From Octopus vulgaris (Eukaryota): 64,000 nucleotides of DNA. A model generated the notes under the pieces. It did no database searches. It was given only the letters and a program-made list of their open reading frames with translations, and was not told where the DNA came from. Location: assembly GCA_951406725.2 (NCBI GenBank), contig OX597815.1:136586001-136650000 (forward strand), read 5' to 3'. Position 1 is the first letter of the stretch. The number at the start of each line of letters is the position of its first letter. Below, piece by piece: positions 38,894-52,065 of the stretch. Made by a program: the position numbers and the translations under genes.

Positions 38894-40139
38894 TTAGGTC
38901 GTCAAGTATGGAATTTCTAGAAAAGAAAAAAATGTTTGCTAATGTTTTATAAATACAAGGAACGATGTTATTCATCAAAGTATATACCAAAATTTTCAAT
39001 ACACTTTTGCCATTTCAGCGGTATCTTGTCCAACGCTAGATTGCCAGTGCCTGGCAATCTAGTCAATAGAATCTTGGAAGGCCTGTTTTAGAGCATCGTC
39101 GGAATTAAAAATATTTTCTATCAAAAAGTTATCCAAATTCTGGAAGACGAATTAGTCAGTGTGGGAAGAGAAAGTGAGTATGGTGGATGATGGAGAACTT
39201 CCTACTCTAATGTTATTTTTGCGATGTGTGGTCAAGAGTGGGTCTGTTGAGTAATCTAGGCTGTTCTTTTTCTTTGTAAATTTGTGCATCATTTGGTCTA
39301 GTTGGCTGCAGTATACTTCTACCGTGATTGATGATCCTGGTTTAATGATATCATAATGGATCTCACTTGCACCAGACCACCAAATACTAGCTTCTTTTGA
39401 TGAATTTTGCTTTTTGGACTGTGTTTTTTGTGTCTCGTCTTTCTACAGCCATTGTTGTGAACGTTTACGTTTGTTGTGTTGGATCCATTTCTCATCACAT
39501 GTTACAATTCGATTAAGAAATTATTCAATTTGGGGTCGAGAAAGTTGCATAATGCAGGCTTCCAAACCTTGCTGTATCTGATTTTTATGTGAGTTCATGT
39601 GGAACCCACATATCCAACTATTTCACTTTACCAATTTGAACCAGTTGAGTCAATATTGTTTGCTTGCTAACACCAAACAACAACGATAATTCATGGGCAC
39701 TTTCACATGGATCTGACTCAACAGTAGCTTTCAGTTCGTCATTATCCACCTTTGTTTCTGGTCGACCGCGTTGCTCATTTGTGAGGGCAAAGTTACCAGA
39801 ATGAAACTTTACAAACCAATTTGATACTATCTGCTATGTAATAACATTAGAATGAAATACTCCATTAATATTCCGAGCTGTCTGTGATGCTGTATTTCTA
39901 AGAAATAACACATATTTCAAAACTACGAATTTTTTCCGACTTATCTATCTCTAAACAAAATAGGCAAAAAACGATTTATAAATACTTTATAAAGCATAAA
40001 ATGAGTAAGAATAAATAAATAGATGTGTCAGCCTTCTAACAAAAAATAAAGATTGTCAAAATAGAATAATGGATGCAAAATAGGCAGCTGTCAATGTTTA
40101 CCATATACCTTACTACAAATTGCATACTCAACAACCTAA
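38894..40139 (-). mobile_element. Full-length decayed mariner with both TIRs
   Basis: TIRs TTAGGTCGTCAAGTATGGAATTTCTAG / CTACAAATTGCATACTCAACAACCTAA, TA on the left; minus-strand WVPHEL and IVTCDEKWI. Confidence 0.93.
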
Positions 40140-40503
40140 CAGTTTTTTCAATGAAGAATAATTAAAATAACTCGCATCCTTTAATACTTATTAATTGTCA
40201 GCACTGTGAAGATACCTCAAACCCTCCAAAATTCTCCATTTGAGTTCCCAGGAATACACCCCCGACACACTCACACACACACATAGGCGCACATATATGC
40301 ATGCATATGTATGTGTATATGTACGATGGACCCTATATATATGAATATATACATATATATATAGATAGATAGATAGATATATAGATAGATAGATGTATAT
40401 ATTCAAGGAATTAAAACTTTCATACCAAAAAGGAATAGCTATTTCTTAATAACTTATTTCTAAATGCATGTACCTTTTTATCAGTAACATATTATATTCA
40501 TAT

Positions 40504-40686
40504 GTAAACACACGAAACCCGTAAGATTGACTGCAACATTTAAATTTAATTTGTCAAAATATTTTCGTCGCTTTGAGATGCAGCAAGGAATTTTGTCAGT
40601 GAACAGGCCGCAGTCTCAAAGCGAAGAAAATATTTTGAAAAATTAAATTTAGATGTTGATGTATATCTAACTGTGTTTCTGTGTTT
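40504..40686. repeat. Fold-back inverted repeat with HHR-like motif at the apex
   Basis: CAACATTTAAATTTAATTTGTCAAAATATTTTCGTCGCTTTGAGA vs TCTCAAAGCGAAGAAAATATTTTGAAAAATTAAATTTAGATGTTG. Confidence 0.9.
40592..40642 (+). ncRNA. Hammerhead-like motif, G3-C8 core variant
   Basis: Consensus of both arms TTTGTCA-GTGAACA-G-GcCGC AGTCTCAAA GCGAC-GAAA-ATAT-TT-TGACAAA: 7-bp stem I, palindromic stem III, extra G after A9, UUU triplet. Confidence 0.55.
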
Positions 40687-41084
40687 TTATTTAGCTTATA
40701 AACACCTTCTACGCTGTAATTGTTTTTGTTTCTGCACACGATCTCAGATAAGGTCACAAGCTATGATGCAAGTACATCTCTGTAATAATTATATTCATTG
40801 AAATGCATAAATTGTTGCTCAAGCAAAGAACAAACTTGTAGGTAATTCATAGAGTTCTTCATTTACACTCATATGAAAACGATAACATGACATGAACATT
40901 TATCAGTATGATCTCTTAATTCGCCTCTATGTTTCTGTAATACTGCAAGTCCTTCTTTGTATTATATAGAACCTCTCCTTGTTTATTCATCTTAAAGATA
41001 TTGTAAAATAAAATATAAATGAATATCACCTATTAAACAATGCTCTATTTATATATGATTGCACTGATACATAAAACATATGCA

Positions 41085-41098
<14 letters not shown>

Positions 41099-41169
<71 letters not shown>

Positions 41170-41178
41170 TAATAATAG
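41099..41178. repeat. (TAA)n microsatellite
   Basis: Direct reading. Confidence 0.97.
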
Positions 41179-41403
41179 GGAGTATAACTCCAAACTTACA
41201 GGGAAAAATTCAATTTAGTATTAAATCAAATTTTACAATATAAATATATAAAATATAAATTAGACATAAAACCACTATTATGCAATTCAAACAATGATAG
41301 ACATAAACCAAGTTATAAATAACAAATAAAATATATTTTTATAAAGCATATAACTAGATCACAAAATGTATAAAAATAAATAATCAATATATAAGTAAAA
41401 CAA

Positions 41404-41497
41404 AACTACGTACGTTTCATGGTTATAATTGAATTCGAATTACAATTAAATTTAATCGAAATGAATTCAATTTAAAAGTATAGTCAATCGTCAGGTT
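41404..41497 (-). ncRNA. Hammerhead-like motif with very long stem II, in a probable PLE terminal region (about 41179-41900)
   Basis: Reverse complement AAC-CTGACGA-[about 70-nt hairpin including AATTGAATTC/GAATTCAATT]-GAAA-CGTACG-TA-GTT. Confidence 0.55.
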
Positions 41498-41904
41498 AAA
41501 ATTAATAGTTAAATAAATAAGCAAATTGATTTAAACAATATTTATTAAAAGATAAATAAAATAATGGTTTTTCGTATATAAGAAATCCCTTTAACTAAAT
41601 TTGAAATTTAAAACATTAGGACCAGTTTCCTACAATACATTTATTATGTAAAATATTTAAGTTAAAAAAATAGAGGAAATAGTAAAATGTATTTATCTGT
41701 GAAGATATAATTTAACTTTAAAAACATTAATAAACTATAGAATATCTTTACCCTAGTTATACTCTAAAATTTGATTACCAAACTATTTAACAAAAGAATT
41801 ACTCTTAATATTTTTAGATTTTAGTTCGCATATAATAATTATAAAATAACAAATACATAAAAATAAGTATCTAAATTATAATCAACAACCAGGTTGTAAA
41901 CTTT

Positions 41905-42465
41905 TACACTGGAAAGTGTGCCAGACATGGGGATTTGAAGCTGGAAACATGGTACAATCATGGATTGAAAGAGTACTGGAGTCGGGGCAATGTAAGATTC
42001 TGTGGTTCTTGCCCATTCAAACGGAAAAAATGCTAGAAAATAATAGACCGAACATAACAATTATATATAAGGAAAAACGAAGTTGCTTACTAATCGACTC
42101 ATCATGCCCATTTCATTCTAGAATCGTAAAGAAAGGGAAAGAAGAAATGCAATCACTTAAAATTTGAAATAGGAAGAATTTGGAGCATGTGAATAGTTAA
42201 GGTCGTGTCTATAATAATTGGTGCGTTAGAAACAGTAAGCCAAGATATAAACAAATGGCTAAAGGAGATTGAAATAGAATGCCTGGTAGAGATCGAACAG
42301 GACATTTGTTTCTTAGGGAGAGCATAGATTATCAGGAGGGTTCTATGCACTTGAAATACTGCTGTAACTTGTGTAAACCCATGGTTATAGGTAGTAATCC
42401 GCTTCCCACATAAATCCAACCAGGAATTAGACCGCACCATAGTCAAACCGAAATAATAATAATGA
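41905..42465 (+). mobile_element. R4/Dong-like LINE 3' end (RLE domain) with (TAA) tail
   Basis: KILW...IQTEKMLENNRPNI..IYKEKRSCLLIDSSCPF...LKFEIGRIW...VVSIIIGALETV...IIRRVL; ends in AATAATAAT. Confidence 0.88.
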
Positions 42466-43499
42466 TATCGATAATATTAATAGTATTGCTGTTGTTTTTG
42501 ATGTTGCTGCTGTTATGTGTAGCATTTTTTAAAAATTGATGTATTCCTCTGTCCTCATTAATTACCAGATAGTAATTCCAATTGTATTTCTAAGTCTTAT
42601 TAGAAGAACGTTTCAAATAAAAAGTGTGATGCAATTTACTAATGACTCGATAACAGCAATTCTGATATTAGCATTTAAATTCTCATTCGTCATTTTTGTT
42701 TTAATTTGTAGCATTAACTAGTCGAGCGTCGAAGAAAATATAAGTTTCAGTTGACTACATACATATTTCGTGTTTCACTCTGATTGAGTTTTATTTACGT
42801 TTATATATTTGGATTCAGTAGAATATATTTTAATTCATTAAGTGCATCATCTTCGAAATGCTGCGATCCTTTCGGAACTTAGAAGTATATATTATCATTT
42901 TAGTATTCTTTACTTTGTAGCAGTTGCTATTTCTACGCTATATAAATCAATTCTGAAAGGTTGTAGATTGATGTTTGTGAACTAAGAAAATAAACCAGGC
43001 TTATGATTCATACTACTGCGACTTTTGAAATCCAATACATCAACTTTATTAGTTTTATTTTAGCAAGCTCCATTAAAACAATTTGTTCCATATAATAATT
43101 AGGGGAATGATCAAAGTTTCTCTTACGTAAGCATTATAAAATGATTCAAATATTTGAAATCATTTTCAATTATTTTCTTAATTCTTTGCATCTAATATAT
43201 ATACCTAGAGAACTATCATTATATTTGTGTAACAGTTGGCTATACTTATCGCGAGAATTTTATCTAGGGCGGTTTGACCACTCTAGTCCATAATAAAATG
43301 TCAGTTGTATTAACATGAATATTTCACTCAATGTAAATGATTGGCTTTTCATAGAACGAAGCGATCACCTTATTGTTTGTTTATTAGTGACGTTTTCCTT
43401 TCGCTGCAAATCATGTTATTTAGATCATCATAAACTGATATATGCAAATTTTGGAAAGAGAAATTATGTACTAAATTGTCTCAGAATGTTAGTTGCAGT

Positions 43500-44600
43500 T
43501 TCTTGAACTACTGTTCTTCATGATGATCGCGTTTGGCTTTTGCTATGAAGCATTTTCTTTTTCCGAGTAAAATTTTACTCAATGACACGCTTTAAGTATT
43601 GTCTCACTTATATAGCTTTCTTTTGTCTACCTTTTCTAACGTACGTCTTCACTGTCTGGAGCGACTTCCCACAATAAAATCTAGAATTTGTAAAGGTAAA
43701 ATCTACCTTTACAAATTTGCCTGTCACATCTAACATGCCAAATGCTTAAATAGCCTGCTGTACTAAGTTTACATTATGATTTTCAAAACGGTTCTCTATT
43801 AGGATACGCTAGCTGTTGGCGATTTCCTTTTTTCTGAATTGATCTATCCGTAAAAGCTAGCCTCATGTTCAACAGCATGTCTCCAGAATTTCGTAGACAA
43901 TATTTCTTGTTACAATATTTCGTTTCCTTTGGATTCTTTTAAATTATTTCATGTTGATATTGAATTCGAGGCTGTGCAGATGTTTGCTGTAGTGGAAAAA
44001 CATTGCTACTTTTTACAAAAATTGTTATAATGTGAGAATTTTATACTACTTAGGCATCGTAATTCAGTATCATATTTCCTAACTTTATTTTGTATATACT
44101 TTACGTATAGCATGTCCTCTACTTTCTCCTCCGCCGATATCTACTTTTCATTGTTCTAAGATTTCGCAGCATTTCAAAACTTTTGTTGTCATTGATTATA
44201 TCGACAACCAACGAAACACTTTAAATTAGTCAGCATGTCTTCAAATGTTTCTTGCAAAATTTCTAATGAGAATTAATGCGTCTTTACATATATTTATGCT
44301 TCCTTACTTCTATGTAAATTATAGTTGTAGACTAGCCTTGGTAGAAATGGATTAAATTATTTCTAGGTGTCTCTTGTTATTCATTGTCATTCATTTCACA
44401 TTTCAAAATATAAGTTCGGATGCCATCTTCATGGTTGTGCACCACCACCTCTCATATTAGCCCAATATCCCCGAAGTTATTTCTGCTTGTACAATAACGT
44501 TTTAGATTTCTATCTTTAAATGTTTTTAAAAATTGGAATTAGTAGGTTTTAAAACCATTATCAACGTTTGTATTGAAACGTACCACAAACATTTTTAAAA
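43500..44600 (-). mobile_element. Highly decayed LINE (RTE-like) relic
   Basis: Minus-strand HEDGIRTYILK (cf. G.DGI..EILK) and GNRQQL.. (cf. G.RQG..LSP); strong strand bias. Confidence 0.28.
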
Positions 44601-45273
44601 ATATATACAACTTTTTCCTTCTTCATAGTCGCAAAACGTCTAGCTTCTAGCTGAATATCTGCTTAGTGTAAGTTTGACAATTGGTGAGTTGAACTACGTT
44701 CTGTACACCTTTGAAATTGGTGGAGTGCTGTACATAACCTTAATATCAAATAAGACAGAGTGACCGAAACAAAGAAGCAGAGAAACAGAGAAAATATTGT
44801 CTAGATTTAAGTATGTGTTTGTTCAGCTTTCGATTATTTTTGTTGCTATTCACTGCAACCACTCCAACTGAATATATAAGTTTGAGTGGATGCTTGGACT
44901 TATTTAATACGTTGTATTCCTCTCTTCCATGCGTCAGCTTCGCTTTCAATGCATATGGCCATTATTTTTGGACTGATATATGTCCACGAAAAACCTGTGT
45001 ATTAAAATAAACAATTATTATTTATGTTCCTTTTACGACACAGTTAAATTTATTATGTGGCAAAACAATAAAACAGCTTCTACTCACAGCATTATTTATT
45101 GTGAAACTAGATGGGAATTTGATATAAAGTATTTTTCTTTTTTTATATAACATCATCTTCTTTTGGAGAATATACGCGCTTTTAAATTTTACTGACTTTC
45201 AAAACGATAACTATTTTAATGGAAAATTTTCATCATTGTAATCATTGCTACTGTCGTTAATATGAAAATGATG

Positions 45274-45390
45274 TAGCGTAGGCTCGAAACGTAAAAGACT
45301 TTTTCTATTCCTAAGCGTTATACTAATACATCTGTTTGTTTTATACACCACCTGTCTTCGTCTTTTTTTTTTTTTCGTAAACTCTCCCTA
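45274..45390 (+). mobile_element. PLE-type terminal fragment starting inside a hammerhead (stem II, GAAA, stem III only)
   Basis: AGC GTAG GCT C-GAAA-CG-TA-AAAGAC, then a T-rich tail into (TA)n; the CUGANGA part is missing. Confidence 0.55.
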
Positions 45391-45394
45391 TATA

Positions 45395-45455
<61 letters not shown>

Positions 45456-45463
<8 letters not shown>

Positions 45464-45658
45464 GAAGGTTTGAAAATTCAATTTTAAAGGATCTTTATTC
45501 ACTTGACCGGTTTCCCTTTTTTTAGAAAAAGATTGTCAAAAGTAAAATGTAAAAGCTTTGTAAAAGCTTTGTGTTAAGTACTGGTTGTCACAAAATATTA
45601 CAATATTACAATACATAGGATTACATTAAAAATCATGTTTGTTTGGAAGTATCTACAT

Positions 45659-45729
<71 letters not shown>

Positions 45730-46305
45730 CACAGAAAATTATAAGTTCAAAAAGGTCATATTTGGTAGTATATATATATACACAGAAGGAGATATATTTT
45801 TAGGAGTTTACAAAGAATTTTTTTACCATTGTTTACCTGTATTACCATGTTTTCCTTTTCTGTGAAGCTAAAGGCTAAATCTAAACAGAAAACGAAAAAA
45901 TGGTAAAACTGGTCAGTTCATCTCAAATTCTTTGTAAACTCCTGAATATATCTCCTTCTGTGTATACATATACCACCAAATATGACCTTTTTAAATTCAT
46001 AATTTTTTGTATATATATATAGATACGTCGAAACAAACATGATTTTTGATGAAATTCTAATATTTTTAATGAACTTTTTAATATTTTCTCAAGCGTTTTC
46101 CCTGTAAACTGTTTTTAACATTCTCTTATTATCATCATAAAATGTATATATGTATTGTAATATTTTGTTACGACCCGTACTTAACACAACAAAGCTTTTA
46201 CAAAGCTATTACAATTTACTTTTGACAATCTTTTTCTAAAAAGTAAAACCGATCAAGTGAATAAACATCTTTTCAAATTGCATTTTGAAACCTTCCTTCA
46301 TATAT
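45456..46305. repeat. About 850-bp imperfect fold-back with HHRs near both outer ends
   Basis: About 45456-45820 is the reverse complement of about 45925-46305 (e.g. CACAGAAGGAGATATATT / AATATATCTCCTTCTGTG; ATATGAAAGAAGGTTT / AAACCTTCCTTCATAT). Confidence 0.93.
45498..45546 (-). ncRNA. Minimal type-I hammerhead ribozyme, U3-A8 core variant
   Basis: Reverse complement TTACTT-TTGACAA-TCTTTTT CTAA AAAAAGG-GAAA-CCGGTC-AAGTGAA, followed by AATAAA; decayed twin at 46215-46261 (+). Confidence 0.75.
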
Positions 46306-46889
46306 ATTTCCACTCGTGCGGTACCTTACAACTTCACTTTGTTATATATATATATATATATTCTGTAGAAGGATCAGCCGACTGGACGTGATGAGACCCA
46401 GTATATAAGTCTCTAGCATAAACACGACTTGTATATATAACACAGGTGACTCAGTAGTTTATCAATGAAATGTATTAATCAATACAATAAATACAGTTCG
46501 TCCCATATCGATATTACACAGAAAATTCTGATAACAGGCGCTATACAATTCCATTTCGAAAGCAACGCACGTTGCGATAATCAAATTTCTAAATACTGCG
46601 ATAAGCAGATCTCTAAAGAAATGGGATGGAATTGGTCCTTTAGCACTACAGTTGTTTCCTAAATAACGTTGCTGGGTTAATCAGACGGCAAGGCCCGTAA
46701 TCAATGATTAAAGTGCACGCAGTGGTCATTTACCGACTTCAGTCTTCACTCGGCAGATTATTATCAAATAAAATGTCATATGTATCTGAGTAGAAAACAC
46801 ACCCTACAATTATGGGCATGAAGAATTTTACGTTACCTGCATAACATGTTTTTACAAATAACTGTAGTACTTTACGATATTTTCCACCT

Positions 46890-46980
<91 letters not shown>

Positions 46981-47499
46981 ACTCTTGCCATACACAACAA
47001 TATGTGTGTGTGTGTGTGTGTATGTATACACACGCATAAACAGATACATAAATTATACATTCTATGAGATTATGCATTATACATAGTATTATATATGTGA
47101 TATATGCAGAACACACTAACACAAACAAAAACACACAAGCACACAAGTACACAAGCGTACCCACATTTAGACTGTAGGTGAGTATGATCATAACTGACAC
47201 ATTATCTTAACTTAGATGTTAGAGACAATGGTTCAAACCCTCGCCTACAAAGCCAAGTAGTCCAAAAATAAGCAAGAGAAAGATATAAGATTGGAATTTC
47301 CATGTCTTAGAGAGTTTTCTAAAGAAAGACTGGGTTTCTCTCAATGCTAGCTATTGAATGGTCATTGACTCTATCGCGTTCATCCCTCCAACTCTAAAAA
47401 TATTTGGAAACTACCTAAGCAAATAGCTTTGGCACTGGCTCGATTCCCTCCACGTTTTGTAACACCAATTGATATTACAATATGCTTCATCATTCAGGG

Positions 47500-47700
47500 G
47501 CTTCCATTCTTAGTATGATCAGGTCAACTAATTCGGTTTTACACAGACAGGGATATTGGGATAATAATGAAAGACATCAAAACGAAAGACATCATGGTAC
47601 ATTCCTATAGAATCTCAAGAAACTATATGTTTAAGCAACGTGGCATATCCTTTCTCACACAAATGTCCAGAAAAAGGAAATAGAAACAGTAGGGTCTTAT
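47500..47700 (+). mobile_element. Decayed RLE-domain LINE fragment
   Basis: LCLSNVAYPF / TNVQKKEIE resemble LIDVA.P...NV..KE.EK. Confidence 0.35.
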
Positions 47701-47769
47701 ACAGGCTAAAAATATGAAATTCTGTCAACTGTTAAAATAATAACTTTACGTCGATCATGAGCTTCCTAA

Positions 47770-48450
47770 TTACAACAAGGGCAGAATTTTTCACAAGTAT
47801 ATACACCACTCGCAAAGAATTTCAGAGTGAACGTCCTGCTAAAATAACGTTCACTGTGACACGCGAGGAAAACACAGCCAAAAATGGACAATACCATGAA
47901 ATTCCTAGTTAACAACTTAAGGGTATGAAGATAACGAAGAAAAGCCGGAAATGGCAGAAAAGGGAGTTATAATAATGAACAACCTGCTTATGAACTACAG
48001 TTATTGTTAATAATAAATGGCGTCTTTAGATGGGTGTTTTTTACTCTCTTTTTCAAATCTAAACTAACCATTTTAAAATTATATTTTGAGATGAAAATCA
48101 ACGGTTCCAAGGTCACGGAATAGTGGAATCCCTTCGAAAATTTTCTGTATAGAGTAAACCGCCATAATAATTTTAGATGATCGAAGTATTCAACATTTAA
48201 CAAATCATGAATAGTTATTACTAACATGAGCAGAAAGCCATATGACAGACGATGAATCCCAAACTTGAATATTGATATATCAAATTTGTCCATCAAATAT
48301 ACTCATTGTACTCATCTCATAATTGTCTATAATGATATCTGGCGCGGATCACTGTATGCCTCAATGATTGTAGCTACTTCAGTAGGGCGTTCACTCTGAA
48401 GTCCTTTGCTAATGGGCATGTAATTGTGATAACTTCTATCCTAACTATAT
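47770..48450. mobile_element. Non-autonomous element with about 80-100 bp diverged inverted repeats
   Basis: GCAAAGAATTTCAGAGTGAACGTCCTGCTAAAATA (about 47811-47846) vs TACTTCAGTAGGGCGTTCACTCTGAAGTCCTTTGC (about 48375-48409); similarity extends outward. Confidence 0.6.
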
Positions 48451-50411
48451 TTGTGCTACGAATCAGCTTAAGTATAGATGACTAGGATTATTAAAAGAAA
48501 TAAAAACAATAACCAGAAAAGTTAAATCCCAAAGTTAAACTTTAAAATACTTGTAAACCAGATGTCTCGAATGATAGCTACCACCACTTGTAATATCAAA
48601 ACGCTTGTCTACTTAGATTCATAATAATACTGACGAATCTGACAGACTTGAAGAAAGCCATCTTATCTTACGCAAGTGAACTCTGTAAAATCGGGAAAAG
48701 AATGAAATCTTTAAACAAAATATTACCCATTATTTTAAGCCGGAATATTTTGTGTTATTTTCAAGCAAAATACTACATGTGTCAATTGTTTAATAATTAT
48801 ACAAAATAAGAAAGTAATATAATGCTGTATTTCATTTACAAGCAACGAGTTAATGAGGGAAAATGTTCTTTTTGCAATGAAAATAAGAAATACTGGACTA
48901 CTTAATCGCATTTTTTTTTTTAAATATTTATATTTCATTATTAATAAAGCAGTTTCGATAATCAAAGCGTCATCAGATTATCGCTCAAATGTGGATAAAC
49001 TTTTAAATTAGAACCTGCCTTATATTCATAGAATAACATGAAACAGCATTTGGAATATAAAACAAGGTGAACGTAGACTAATTAGTCAGTAAAGACAGAC
49101 GAGTTAAACAATTTTTCCTTAGACTCTATGTTATTCTGTTTTTGCTCTTTTTTTAAGTATGACCTGTCACAAGAGGTTACAGAAAATATCTTACGACTTG
49201 CAAACATTATTTTAAGATAGTCTGACATATCCTGCAGCACTAATATTGTGGCCAAATATAAATTTGATATGGGAAACTTTTATCATAAAAGTTTAAATTA
49301 AAGTGAAAAAATAATGGAAATCAAGTAATGGAAATCAAATAAATGCCCGCTATAAACAGCGTTTTATTGTATTAGCAGAGATCACCAAAGGTTATATATA
49401 TGGGTATGAGGAAAAGTAATTTACTTATAAACAAAATGGTATATGAAACAAGCACTTATGAAAAAAGATATAGAATGAGTATAAAATTTATGAGCAAAGC
49501 TATAGAATGAATACGATGCAATGCAGAAACTATGAGAATAAATGCATTACTCAGGAAGAATACGATGTTTACAACTCAAGTGTTGACAGATACATGACTG
49601 GTCTCTCATAAACTTACATTTCTTAAATAAGCAATGAAAACACCGGCATTTAAGCGGTTAACGGATGCTAATAGCGCAGCAGTAATGCAGACAGTATATA
49701 CAAGTATACATATCACGGTGGGAAATATTTGAGATCTCAACAGCTTTCAGAGAAACATTGTCGCTCAAAGAATATCCGGCAAAGTTAAAAATAATTAACA
49801 TAGTCATTGTTGGGAAATCTTATATCATTAATTTAGGAGTAAATTCCTGGAAACTTATTCCGAGACTCATGACATCTCATGGCTTGAACAAATAAATTAT
49901 TTCAGCTTTCTACAGAAAATTCAACAGGCGCAGCAACAAAAGAATTTGTATGGATATCCAACCTATTGTTTGGATTTGGACTCCATCACGAACATGCAGA
50001 TTGGTAACGACGCAACAACATACTTTCATTTAATTGTCAAAGATATTACATTACAAAAACACATTTTTGTGGCTGTCTGCGCTACATTTCGATAAAAGGC
50101 GCAATTTAGCGGATTGGAATTTGTAATTATATGAAATATCTTGATTTTTCTTCTTAACTTTCATATAGTGAGGTCTTCATCTATACTCAGGTAAGTTTAT
50201 TTTTAGGAAAATTTTCTTTCTGAACATTTATCAAAAATTAGAATAATTTCTCACAAAGCAGTCGTTCTTACACTATCCAGCCGCAAATATAAAAGACTCA
50301 ATAAGATATATCAAATATCAAAATAATATATATAATTGTTAATAGTAATATGTTGTACGAAGAAAAACCTCAATAAATGCCATCGGTGTCATTTTGATTT
50401 AATGTCTACTG

Positions 50412-50595
50412 CAGCGTTTTTCAACTGGGGCTCCCCGGAAACCTAGGGTTCTTCAAAAGCTTCCTAGGGTTTCCGCGAGAAGGAGTGAAAGAAGCTAATG
50501 CTAATTTCATGATCGTAATATTATTATACAGGTACATTATATGTGCATGTATATACGTGTTATGTATTTATGTGTGTTTGTGTGCATATGCATAC

Positions 50596-50647
<52 letters not shown>

Positions 50648-50995
50648 CTGCCAAGCAAACACGGCAGTTAAGAAAAACAGGATGAATGCTAATCAGCTCC
50701 AAGAGGCCATTGCCTCTAGCTAGATATGTGGCACACAAGCATGTATCCATTACAACCTTCGAACAGGGGAAGTCATCAGCTTCCCCTTGCTAGTTCAACA
50801 ACCACAGAGTAGTTTCGGGTTATTTGCCCCTTATCAATGCGGAGTAGCTGAACCCTCCAGGCACATATATATATATATATATATATATATGGAAAAATTG
50901 TGAGAAATATATGGTATATAATATTTTGTGCAGGGGTTTCTTGAGACGTAAATTATTTTAAGGGTCACGCAAGGGAAAAAAGTTGACAAACACTG
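50412..50995. mobile_element. hAT (Charlie-type) MITE with nested insertion
   Basis: TIRs CAGCGTTTTTCAACT / AGTTGACAAACACTG; 8-bp TSD GTCTACTG / GTCTAATG, resembling the Charlie NTCTAGAN target. Confidence 0.85.
50643..50860 (-). mobile_element. Monomeric copy of the 28646 HHR element, within (TA)n; HHR at 50802-50842
   Basis: Colinear with one palindrome arm; reverse complement CCGCA-TTGATAA-GGG GCAAATAA CCC-GAAA-CTACTC-TGTGG. Confidence 0.88.
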
Positions 50996-51742
50996 GTCTA
51001 ATGATATAGAAGATGTATAAACGAACGGAGTGGTTTGGTATGTGCCTTATATCGGAATTCGGCTTCAACTTCCTGTATTGTCAAATATGACCACTCCCGT
51101 TTTATTCTCTTATTAAAGTTAGCTCCATATCAACATTTCATAGAAGTCTCTGAGTTAGAGTATAAATAAGTCCAACACAATTATTCGTTACTAAAGTTAC
51201 TTCTAGAAACGCATTGTTCATCAACTTGCGTACGAATCAAGATATTAGCCATACCGAATTCGCTCGACGCCATGAAAGTAGCAGTTAATTTTCTTTGACA
51301 TCAAATACGAACGTTTAAAGATAAAAAAAGTAGCCATATCATATTCTACTATAATATTTTGACGCTATGTGGAATTATTGGTACCACTAATGATTGATAT
51401 TATCATTACTGAGTTCGCTGAATTGATAGGAAGTCATGCAGGGTATCCATATATAAAAGAAAAAACGAAATTATAAAAGTAGTTATAATGAGCCATAATA
51501 TTTCCAGCAAACTGAATTTATGTACGAAATATGACGATAGATTTGTTGAATCATTGGTATGATCAACAAAACAGTACTTGGAATATTTATTTACCATTTT
51601 TTAAGATCCGATTTCAAATCTGGCGAGAGTATGTTTTTTGTCTTTCTTCTTTCCAAGTTCGACGAATTAAATTAGCAATCACGCACCAAGATCGATTTAA
51701 TCGATTATAACAACCTTTAAAATACGAAGCAGCAGCAGCAGT

Positions 51743-51743
51743 T

Positions 51744-51820
<77 letters not shown>
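51743..51820. repeat. (GTA)n microsatellite
   Basis: Direct reading. Confidence 0.97.
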
Positions 51821-51821
<1 letters not shown>

Positions 51822-52025
51822 TTTACATGTTGTGGCTAATAAGAAATTAGTGCGAATATTTATATTTATATGAAGCCAAACAACTTCAATAATAAACTAG
51901 TGAATTAATTACAGAAGTGGCCTTCATTATTTTAGTTATTTATATGATGGGTAGATGGATGAATCGTTAGCACGCTGGACAAAATGGTGCAATGCAGTCA
52001 ATAATAAGTGAAAGATGGAAAGAGT

Positions 52026-52065
<40 letters not shown>

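Noticed and set aside
50802-50842. Apparent stem I covariation (CCGCA/TGTGG vs CTGCA/TGCAG) as evidence of selection
   Set aside because: Fully explained by CpG decay of an ancestral CCGCA/TGCGG.
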